Assembly: GCA_002722515.1 (NCBI GenBank)
Contig: PBMH01000042.1
Span: forward strand, 2,346-66,345
Direction of reading: 5' to 3'
Length of the DNA: 64,000 bases
DNA from: Alphaproteobacteria bacterium
GTDB taxonomy: Bacteria > Pseudomonadota > Alphaproteobacteria > UBA6615
Shown: one piece after another, positions 53,775-62,077 of the stretch
Layout of the letters: each line of letters begins with the position of its first letter
Position numbering within the stretch: the first letter of the stretch is position 1
Notes under the pieces: generated by a model
Told to the model about the DNA's origin: nothing
What the model saw: the letters and a program-made list of their open reading frames with translations, nothing else
Database searches by the model: none
Made by a program: the position numbers and the translations under genes

Positions 53775-55544
53775 TTACTTCGCCGGTATAATTGGCAGCA
53801 GCACATAGCCGGCATTGGCACCGCCCAGATGCAATGTGACATTGTTATCAAAGACCTCCGCCGGGCGGTTGTCCGGGTCGTCATGTAGAAAAGGCCCGAC
53901 GCCGGTGAAAGTATTCTTCATGTTTGACAAGCCCGCATCTGTCTCTCCGGGATAGACATAGTCGCAGCCTTTGATCGAGAGCCCGAACCGATACCCCTTC
54001 GGCACAACAATCCCCGATGAATGTATTTCGATATCCACTTCGTAGACCTCGCCAGGCACAAGTTTCTGCACCTCATCGTTGCTATGAAACGGCGCGGCGT
54101 CGGTCGAGCGCGCGGGATCAAGCTTGCGATGTGACGCGCGCAGCCAACCGGACGCAACCGGCGTGTGCGGATCGAGCGCGCCTCGGAAGGTGACCTCCTT
54201 CATATCCGACCCAAACACCCGCAGAATGACGAACAGATCCGCGTCCTCAGTGTCCGACGAGACACTGAGCTTCACCGCCATCGGGCCACAGATTTCCAGA
54301 TCGTCAGATATCGGGCTCGACAAGAAGGTCAGGCCGTCCCCCATCGCCTCATAGGTAATCTCAGCAGCATCGTTGGCCGGGGTCTCGGACAGAATCTGGC
54401 CAGCCGGTTCGAAATGGTACCTAGCGTATTCGGTTCGTGGCAGCGGCCAGTCTTCCTCGGCACGCAGCACAAACTTCTCGCCGGGATGGCGCACGTTAAG
54501 CGAGACCCGGGGCTGATCCTTCCAGCCAGAATTATCGCCCTTCAGATAACAGTCAAAGAAGCGCCACTGCAGGTCGTTGCCATAGTCGGTGTAGTAGAGC
54601 GACCAGTGCTCAAGACCGTGGACCTCCAGAAATTTCTCCTTGGATCCGGTGTGCACAAACCCGTTGAAATTGCCACGCGGATGCAGAGGTGCGCCGCCCC
54701 AATTGGCACAGCTCAGCACCGGCACCTCGATCTTCGAAAGATCCGGCGTCAGCCTCGCGTAGTAATCATCGTCAAGGGGGTGAGAGATATACGTCCCGTA
54801 TAGATCATAGCGGTTGGCAGCCAGTTCCTCGTTTGAGAGGGTGTCCGGCCCTGCGGCGAGTTCACCATTGGCGCGTGACGCCCAGCCGCGGTCGCCATAG
54901 CCATGCTGAATCTTCAGGATCTGCATGTCGTACCAGTGCCGCGCGAAGGAGTCGTAAATCCCGTTCTGGTATGCGAGTTCCCGATAGAAATCGTTGAAGC
55001 CTTCCCACGGGCAGATAGCCGCGAGGTGCTTGGGCTGCAATGCCGCGACCTGCCACTGGTTGACGGCGTAATAGGAAATGCCGCTCAGGCCCACCTTGCC
55101 GTTCGACCAGGTCTGAACGCCGGCCCAGTCGATGCAGGCGGCGAAATCCTGCGTCTCGCGCGGGCTCCAATGTTCCAGATAGCCCGGCGAGCGACCCGCG
55201 CCCCGAGAATCCACACGGATAACAACATAGCCACGTGGCACCCATTTTTCAGGGTCGCAAACCTCCCAGCTCTGGTGGATATTCGTCGAGCCCTCCGGTA
55301 CGTCCGGGTGGTTCTCACACATGAGGTCCCAGCAGGTCTTGTAGATCTCCTCGAAGTGAAGATCCTTACCATACGGACCATGGGACATGATGACCGGATA
55401 GCCACCATCATCATCCGGACGATATACGTTGGCTCGCAGGACAACCCCGTCGTCCATCTCAATCGGAACATCCCAGTCGACGCGCATGCCCTCACGGACT
55501 TCTGTCTTGAACATCGGATCACCGGCGTAGGTGTTATCGTTCAT
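53775..55544 (-). CDS. CocE/NonD family serine hydrolase, paralogue 4
   Basis: Same motif set. AGGGAAGGAGA RBS. Confidence 0.85.
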   Translation of the reverse strand: MNDNTYAGDPMFKTEVREGMRVDWDVPIEMDDGVVLRANVYRPDDDGGYPVIMSHGPYGKDLHFEEIYKTCWDLMCENHPDVPEGSTNIHQSWEVCDPEKWVPRGYVVIRVDSRGAGRSPGYLEHWSPRETQDFAACIDWAGVQTWSNGKVGLSGISYYAVNQWQVAALQPKHLAAICPWEGFNDFYRELAYQNGIYDSFARHWYDMQILKIQHGYGDRGWASRANGELAAGPDTLSNEELAANRYDLYGTYISHPLDDDYYARLTPDLSKIEVPVLSCANWGGAPLHPRGNFNGFVHTGSKEKFLEVHGLEHWSLYYTDYGNDLQWRFFDCYLKGDNSGWKDQPRVSLNVRHPGEKFVLRAEEDWPLPRTEYARYHFEPAGQILSETPANDAAEITYEAMGDGLTFLSSPISDDLEICGPMAVKLSVSSDTEDADLFVILRVFGSDMKEVTFRGALDPHTPVASGWLRASHRKLDPARSTDAAPFHSNDEVQKLVPGEVYEVDIEIHSSGIVVPKGYRFGLSIKGCDYVYPGETDAGLSNMKNTFTGVGPFLHDDPDNRPAEVFDNNVTLHLGGANAGYVLLPIIPAK

Positions 55545-55668
55545 CGTTATCTCCTTCCCTCAACGTGGGCTTTTCTGTACGTCGCCACGAGGGAGTTATT
55601 CGTTGACACGCCCGTTGGGAACATTTCGGGCGGCCCGTATCTCCGGACCACCCGATCGTATTTCCCGT

Positions 55669-57459
55669 CTATCGCCTGCCGCCCTTCTTCGCAGGGATGA
55701 TTGGCAGCATCACATGAGCCTGTTGTTTCGGCCCGGTGTGCAAAGTCACATCGCCACCAAAGATTTCGGCTGGCCGATCACGCGGATCGTCATGACGGAA
55801 GATCGCGCACCCTGTCCAGTTGGCATACTCGCCGAGCTGCACATTAGAATCGCCCGGATAGACGTAATCCTTGCCTCGAACAGATAACGCAATTCGATAC
55901 CCCTTTGGCACCACGATGCAAGTCGGCCAGACCTCAATATCGAGCTCATAGGGCTTACCCGGCTTGAGAGGCTGCTCCTCGTCATGGGTATGATACGGCC
56001 GGTACGGCAAGCTATTCTTTTCATCTAGTTTACGGTGAGAGGCGCGCAGCCAGCCCTGGGCGATTGGCGTGTGCGGATCGAGCGCCCCCTGGAAAGTCAC
56101 TTCTTTCATATCCGGACCGAACACCCGGACCACCAGAAACATGTCAGCATCGCTCGTCGAGGATGATACGAACAGCTTGGAGGCAATTGGCCCAGTGATC
56201 TCCATATCTTCCTCGAGCGGATCGGACATGAACGTCACTCCGTCGGAGAAACCCCCATATGTTACCTCGCCTTTTGTTTTCGGAGGCTTGGTCGACAGGC
56301 TCATGTTCGACGGGTCGATATAGAAGTTCGTCCACTGGGTCCGCTTGAGGGGCCACTCATTCTCATGCCGCTCGACGAAGACTTCGCCCGGATGGCGCAC
56401 TTGCAGCTGAACGGTCGGCTGTTTGTCCCAGCCATTCTTCTCGCCCTTCAGATAATAACCAAAAAAGCGCTTCTGCAGATCCATGCCATAGTCAGTATAG
56501 AAATGTGTCCAGTGCTCAATCCCGTGCACCTCGAGCCATTTATCCTTGGACCTGGACTGGGTGAAGCCTTCGAAATTGCCGCGCGGATGCAAGCCTTGGC
56601 CGCCCCAGTTCGCGGTAGATAACATCGGTACCTTAACCTTGTTCCAGTCGGGCATGCGTGACTGCCAAAACTCATCGGTATCGAGCTTCCGAGCGAGGCA
56701 GTCCTCGTAGAAATTATTCCGGTTGGCTCCGAGCTCCTCCTCGGTCATCGTCGGCGGTCCCGCGACCCATTCCGCGTTCATTCGTGAACGTGGGCCGTTC
56801 GAGCCCTTGCCGTGCTGTACCGAGTAAACCTGCGCCTCCGACCAGTCCTTGACAAAGCCGTTGCACATGATGCCGCCATGATGGGCCATGTCACGGTAGA
56901 AATCTGCCGCTCCCTCCCAAGGGCAGATCGCCGCAAGATGCTTAGGCTGGAGCGCTGCAGCCTGCCATTGGTTTTCGGCGTAGTAAGAGATGCCGTTCAG
57001 TCCCACCTTACCGTTCGACCAAGACTGGACACCGGCCCAGTCGATGCAGATGGCAAGATCCTGGGCCTCGCGCAGGGACCATATGTCGATGACGCCGGGC
57101 GACCGGCCCGTCCCGCGCCCATCCACCCGGATGCAGACATAGTCGTCCGGAACCCAGCGTTCAGGGTCCACAACCTCCCAATTCTGATACTTTTCGCTGG
57201 TCCCTGCACCGATCTCAGGAAAATCCTCAAGCATGCGCTCATATTGGTCATGATAAGCATCGTCAAAGTGTAGAAGCTTGCCATAAGGCCCATACGTCAT
57301 GATGACCCCGTACTTACCAGCCTTTATCGGCCGGTAGACATCGCAGCGCAGCACGGTCCCGTCGTCCATCTCGATGGGCACATCCCAGTCGATACGCATG
57401 CCATCGCGCACATCGGTACGTGACTGCTCATCCATATACGGTGTTTTCTTCTTCGCCAT
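55669..57459 (-). CDS. CocE/NonD family serine hydrolase, paralogue 5 (first gene of the array)
   Basis: Same motif set. CAGGAGAG RBS. The MAKKK N-terminus and basic C-terminal tail resemble paralogue 2. Confidence 0.85.
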   Translation of the reverse strand: MAKKKTPYMDEQSRTDVRDGMRIDWDVPIEMDDGTVLRCDVYRPIKAGKYGVIMTYGPYGKLLHFDDAYHDQYERMLEDFPEIGAGTSEKYQNWEVVDPERWVPDDYVCIRVDGRGTGRSPGVIDIWSLREAQDLAICIDWAGVQSWSNGKVGLNGISYYAENQWQAAALQPKHLAAICPWEGAADFYRDMAHHGGIMCNGFVKDWSEAQVYSVQHGKGSNGPRSRMNAEWVAGPPTMTEEELGANRNNFYEDCLARKLDTDEFWQSRMPDWNKVKVPMLSTANWGGQGLHPRGNFEGFTQSRSKDKWLEVHGIEHWTHFYTDYGMDLQKRFFGYYLKGEKNGWDKQPTVQLQVRHPGEVFVERHENEWPLKRTQWTNFYIDPSNMSLSTKPPKTKGEVTYGGFSDGVTFMSDPLEEDMEITGPIASKLFVSSSTSDADMFLVVRVFGPDMKEVTFQGALDPHTPIAQGWLRASHRKLDEKNSLPYRPYHTHDEEQPLKPGKPYELDIEVWPTCIVVPKGYRIALSVRGKDYVYPGDSNVQLGEYANWTGCAIFRHDDPRDRPAEIFGGDVTLHTGPKQQAHVMLPIIPAKKGGRR

Positions 57460-57712
57460 CGAGCTCTCCTGAGAAATAATTTATTTGCTCCGCAGGCGCT
57501 TGGCCCGCCGAGTTTGGTTGAGACTTATTATAGAATAATGGAAATCGGTCTTTTAGTGAAAGAGCCCCCTTTACCTTCGCATACCGGCAATACGCGCCAC
57601 GTGGGATAGTTATACCGTCACGATGAAAAAACCGCAGAGTGTCGGGGTCCTCTGGACCGCAACCGCGTCTTCAGCGGCGTCGCAAGTATCATCGGCTGAT
57701 CTCTACGGTATC

Positions 57713-58516
57713 TCACAAGCGATTATTCGGATCGACCGTATAGCCCAAACTGTTCATCCAGATAAGGCTCGACCATGTGTCCATGGATGGGTCGAGTTCC
57801 ATGCCGATCGCCCCTTCATACCCTTTCTCGACAGCACGTCGTGCTAGCCAGAGTAAATCAAGCTCCCCCACGCCGGGCTCATGGCGGTCGGGCGGATTGC
57901 CAATCTGGACATAGCCGATCATCGGCCAGTACTCGTCCATAATATCAGTTAGGGTACCCGTCTCCTCGTACCGCATATGATAAGTGTCGTAGACGAGGCC
58001 AACATTTTCGCGACCGACCGCGTTCACAATATCACGCGCCTGAGCCATGGTCTGCATCGCCCAATCGGGTATGCGCTGGGCCGTCACGGGTTCCAGCAGG
58101 AACTTGCAACGATGGTCACTCGAGGCGGCGGCAATATAGTCGAGGTTCTCGATATAGGTCTCCACGCAGCGTTCGCGGGATTCTCCCAGCGGTACCGGGC
58201 CAGCACCCACGTTTATCGAATAGAAATCACAATGCTGGATATATTCCAGCGCCTGGTCTGCCGCGCGGCGGAATTCGTCCTGCTTGCCCGGCTGCGCCCC
58301 CAAGCCACGCACCCCAGCATCCCAGTCGGCCGGGACCACACAATACATAAACTCAAGACCGTGATCGTCTAGTAAACCCTTCAGCTCGTTCTTTGGCAAC
58401 TCGTATGGAAAATGCCACTCGATGGCAGTACAGCCGATCTTGGCCGCTGCAGCGAACCGCTCACGTATCGGTAGCTCTAGGAATAGGTGATAGAAATTGG
58501 GTGCAAAGCGAAGCAT
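57713..58516 (-). CDS. Hydroxypyruvate isomerase family TIM-barrel protein (Hyi/OtnI-like)
   Basis: Collinear by eye with E. coli Hyi: MLRF..N, EPV/EPI, YDxYHM and GYVQIGNPPDRHEPGVGE. Confidence 0.75.
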   Translation of the reverse strand: MLRFAPNFYHLFLELPIRERFAAAAKIGCTAIEWHFPYELPKNELKGLLDDHGLEFMYCVVPADWDAGVRGLGAQPGKQDEFRRAADQALEYIQHCDFYSINVGAGPVPLGESRERCVETYIENLDYIAAASSDHRCKFLLEPVTAQRIPDWAMQTMAQARDIVNAVGRENVGLVYDTYHMRYEETGTLTDIMDEYWPMIGYVQIGNPPDRHEPGVGELDLLWLARRAVEKGYEGAIGMELDPSMDTWSSLIWMNSLGYTVDPNNRL

Positions 58517-58692
58517 GATCAAGGCAATCCTAGGTTGTACGCGTTAGGGGACGGGGGTTAGAAAGACCCTGTGAAAGCTCGTAAATATGCGCTTACAACC
58601 AAAGTCCGTCTTGTAAACTACCCAAAGGAAATACAGGAACGCTGACGACTATTTACCGCTCGCTCCGAACGGTCAAAAAAATTAATTAGTTC

Positions 58693-58706
58693 GCCAAATA
58701 TTTGGC
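58693..58706. promoter_or_regulatory. Perfect 14-bp palindrome GCCAAATATTTGGC
   Basis: Read directly, in the divergent intergenic region about 80 nt upstream of the deaminase gene. Confidence 0.35.
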
Positions 58707-58785
58707 AACAGACCGTAACTTTATGTGATTTCTGTCTGCACCGGTCTGCGCCAATGACATAACTAACACCACCAGAACCCGGCCG

Positions 58786-59385
58786 ATGACAAACTCTTCC
58801 GAAACCCTGTGTTCTAGACTGCTCGATGTAATCGAGAATGACGTGGTGCCCCTAACCCGCAACAGTGTCGCCGCAGGCAACAAGATCTTTGGTGCTGCTA
58901 TACTGCGCAAATCAGACTACTCGCTTGTCATGGCTGGCACTAATAACGAGTTAGAGAACCCGCTCAACCACGGCGAGATTTCGACTCTGAACGCTTTCTT
59001 CAACCTGTCGACGGAACAGCGGCCAGCGACGAGCGACTGCATTTTTGTATCTACCCATGAGCCCTGCTCACTCTGTCTTTCCGCGATCACATGGGCTGGA
59101 TTCGACAATTTCTATTATTTCTTCGGCTATGAAGATACGCGCGATGCCTTCAACATTCCTCACGACCTGAAGATCCTGCAGGAGGTCTTCATGGTCGACG
59201 ATGGCGCGTATGCGCGCCAGAATGCGTTTTGGAGTGCAAAAGACCTTATCGCACTGTCAAGCAGTATCGGTGGCGCAGATGCCACCGCTCGCAGCAAGCA
59301 GATCGCGCGTATCCGGGCAGCCTATGACGACCTTTCACAGACCTACCAAGCTTCAAAGTCGGACAACGATATCCCTCTAAGCTAA
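58786..59385 (+). CDS. CMP/dCMP-type zinc deaminase family protein
   Basis: HGE ... PCSLC zinc-binding motifs (H-x-E and PCxxC). Confidence 0.7.
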   Translation: MTNSSETLCSRLLDVIENDVVPLTRNSVAAGNKIFGAAILRKSDYSLVMAGTNNELENPLNHGEISTLNAFFNLSTEQRPATSDCIFVSTHEPCSLCLSAITWAGFDNFYYFFGYEDTRDAFNIPHDLKILQEVFMVDDGAYARQNAFWSAKDLIALSSSIGGADATARSKQIARIRAAYDDLSQTYQASKSDNDIPLS

Positions 59386-59430
59386 AGGGAACGTGCTTAT
59401 TACCGATTGGGGCTTACCCCGGCGCCTACT

Positions 59431-60600
59431 CTAGGTCGACCGGCCCTCCATCATCAAATCAAGACCAACCGCCAAGAGGCCGAAAACCAGCCCCCAGAAC
59501 GCCGAACCGACCCCAAAGACCGATAACCCAGACGCCGTCACGGTCACCGTGAGAACTGCGGCAAACCGCGTCTGTTCAGGCGCTAATGCAGCACCCAACG
59601 CATGCATAAGCGGGCCGAGCAACGCAAGGCCGGCCACAGTGGCAATAACGCCCGGCGGCAAGGTAGAAAAACCGGCGACAACCGTAACAGCTGCAACCGC
59701 AAGAACCAGAAACCCGGTGCCGTAGAACAACCCAGAGAGCCAGCGCTTCGAAGGATCAGGATGCGTATCGACCCCGGTACATATGGATGCGGTTATCGAG
59801 GACATGGTTGTTGTGTGTGCGCCAAGGGGCGCAGTCAGCAGAGACATGAGACCCGTGATCGCAAGCGCAGAGCGCGTCGGCACCGAATAGCCGGATGCCC
59901 TTAGCACAGCAAATCCAGGCAGATTTTGGGAGGCCATCGAGACTAAAAAAAGTGGAACCCCGAGCCCCAGTATTGCCCCGGGTTCAAACGACGGAACAAT
60001 CAGAGCGAAAGCCGCCAGCGATCCGCTAGCGTCATAAGGCGCGGTCTTCCCGAGAATAACGGCCCAACCAATTCCCATTACCAACACCACGATAACGGCC
60101 CAGGTCGGGCTATATAGGCGTACTACCAGAAACACTCCCACAAGGGGCAGAACGAGCTTGGGATCCATAGTTGCAGCGTCGAAAACATCAACGGAGAAAC
60201 CTATAAGGACACCAGCCAGCATTGCCGATGCAATCGCCGAAGGTATCCTCTCAATCAGAGTCGTAAGCGGACGAAACGCAGAACTCACCAACACCAATAA
60301 TGCTGTTACCAGGAACGCACCAACTGCCGCCTCCATAGAATAACTTGGTATGCCGGCCGAGGCTGTCCCCGCAATCAGTGCCGCGCCAGGCGTCGACCAT
60401 GCCGTAATCATTGGCAGACGATGACGTAACGAAAGTACGATGCTAGCCACGCCGGTACCGAGGCAGATCGCAGACACCCAAGACGCGACCTGTACCGGGT
60501 TCGCACCCACCGCCTGTGCCCCGGCAATCACAATTGCAATACTGCTGCCGAAGCCGACCAAAATTCCCACAATTGCAGAGCTGAAGAGCGATATTTGCAT
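59431..60600 (-). CDS. BenE family benzoate/H+ symporter-like transporter
   Basis: 389 aa, polytopic, with the AWSTPGAALIAG block typical of BenE/YdcO. Confidence 0.75.
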   Translation of the reverse strand: MQISLFSSAIVGILVGFGSSIAIVIAGAQAVGANPVQVASWVSAICLGTGVASIVLSLRHRLPMITAWSTPGAALIAGTASAGIPSYSMEAAVGAFLVTALLVLVSSAFRPLTTLIERIPSAIASAMLAGVLIGFSVDVFDAATMDPKLVLPLVGVFLVVRLYSPTWAVIVVLVMGIGWAVILGKTAPYDASGSLAAFALIVPSFEPGAILGLGVPLFLVSMASQNLPGFAVLRASGYSVPTRSALAITGLMSLLTAPLGAHTTTMSSITASICTGVDTHPDPSKRWLSGLFYGTGFLVLAVAAVTVVAGFSTLPPGVIATVAGLALLGPLMHALGAALAPEQTRFAAVLTVTVTASGLSVFGVGSAFWGLVFGLLAVGLDLMMEGRST

Positions 60601-60702
60601 CAGACTTTCTTTACATCTATCCGCAACATCTGTGCGATAGATTGAAGCTACTTGCGGCGGACTTAATAGTCTCGCACAGAATTTGGAGCATTAGAGAACA
60701 TC

Positions 60703-60719
60703 AAAAGACCGAAGGGTCT
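60703..60719 (-). terminator. Weak terminator-like hairpin downstream of tRNA-Lys
   Basis: The minus strand reads AGACC-CTTC-GGTCT followed by TTTT. Confidence 0.35.
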
Positions 60720-60775
60720 ATCGAACCGCAGCCCGCTAGAGCTCTCATGTTCTGGCCATTATTTCGGAGAGTGAT

Positions 60776-60851
<76 letters not shown>

Positions 60852-60922
60852 ACCGTGCGCTTGAAGCGGCGGACATAGCACCCGAAACAGTGGTTGTCGA
60901 TAAGCAGACACGCAGAAAAGCG

Positions 60923-62077
60923 CTACCAAAACGCTCCGCCCCTACGGTTGATATAAGTGTCTCGGTGCAGCCAACAGCTCATTATTAGGCCAAAGCCGAT
61001 TAGGACTGTCAGCATCGCCGTCCCGCCATATGAAATCAGAGGCAGGGGCACGCCAACAACGGGTAGAACCCCCATCACCATGGCAATATTGATGAACACA
61101 TAGAGGAAAAAATTCACCGTTAGCCCCATCGCCAGCAACCTCGCAAAATTACTGCGGGCACGATAGGCAATGTAGGTGCCATAAGCGATGAGAAGTCCGT
61201 AGAGCACGATTAGCCCAATGCCACCGAGGAGTCCGAACTCCTCCGCTAGCACCGTGAAGATGAAGTCGGTTTGCTTCTCCGGAAGGAAATTCAGGTGACT
61301 CTGGGTACCCTCTAGAAAACCTCTGCCAAATACACCACCCGAACCCAGCGCGATCTTGGACTGAAGGATGTGATAGCCTGAGCCAAGTGGATCGGTCTCG
61401 GGATTAAGGAAAGTAAATATCCGCTGTTTCTGGTAGCTGTGCAGGAACTGCCAGCCTAAAGGTATCGCGGAGGCAGCAACAGCAGCCACGGTGGCAAATT
61501 GCCAAAGCCTCGTTCCACCCAACCAGAACATTGCGGCACCTACCATGGCCACGACGCCAGCGGTTCCTAGATCGGGCTGGCGCAAAACCAAGGCCATAGG
61601 TGCGGCCACAAAAACCACCGGAACCACCAAATTCGAAAGGCGACCGGCATCCTCGGAATCTACTCCATGAAAGTAACGCGCGAGCGCCAAGACGATTCCG
61701 ACTTTCATAATCTCGGACGGCTGCAACTGGAAGAAACCCAGATCGAGCCAGCGCTGGGCTCCCATGCCGATTGAGCCCATGAGTTCAACAGCCGCGAGCA
61801 GTAGGAGGCAAACCACGTAGATAGGGTAGGCTGCGCGCAGCCAAATCCGGATATCCGTTACCGCCACCGCCAGCATCAGGAGGAGACCCACCGAAAATCG
61901 AATCAACTGGCGCAACGCCCATGGGTGAAAGTCGCCATTCGCAGCCGAGAACAGCATGGCAAAGCCGATAGACGCGGTCAGCACAATCAACAGCACCAAC
62001 TCCCAATTCAGGTGCAGAAGTTTCTGCTGCAGAGAAAGCTTTGACGTAGCGGTGCCGCTGAGCCGAACCACGATCAT
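60923..62077 (-). CDS. rodA: Rod shape-determining protein RodA (SEDS family)
   Basis: FtsW/RodA/SpoVE polytopic pattern, with a 4-nt overlap with mrdA upstream. Confidence 0.9.
   Translation of the reverse strand: MIVVRLSGTATSKLSLQQKLLHLNWELVLLIVLTASIGFAMLFSAANGDFHPWALRQLIRFSVGLLLMLAVAVTDIRIWLRAAYPIYVVCLLLLAAVELMGSIGMGAQRWLDLGFFQLQPSEIMKVGIVLALARYFHGVDSEDAGRLSNLVVPVVFVAAPMALVLRQPDLGTAGVVAMVGAAMFWLGGTRLWQFATVAAVAASAIPLGWQFLHSYQKQRIFTFLNPETDPLGSGYHILQSKIALGSGGVFGRGFLEGTQSHLNFLPEKQTDFIFTVLAEEFGLLGGIGLIVLYGLLIAYGTYIAYRARSNFARLLAMGLTVNFFLYVFINIAMVMGVLPVVGVPLPLISYGGTAMLTVLIGFGLIMSCWLHRDTYINRRGGAFW

Larger units (their letters stand above)
48413..57459 (-). repeat. Tandem array of five paralogous CocE/NonD hydrolase genes
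   Basis: Five collinear 589-596 aa ORFs on one strand with spacers of 21, 8, 11 and 124 nt. Confidence 0.9.
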
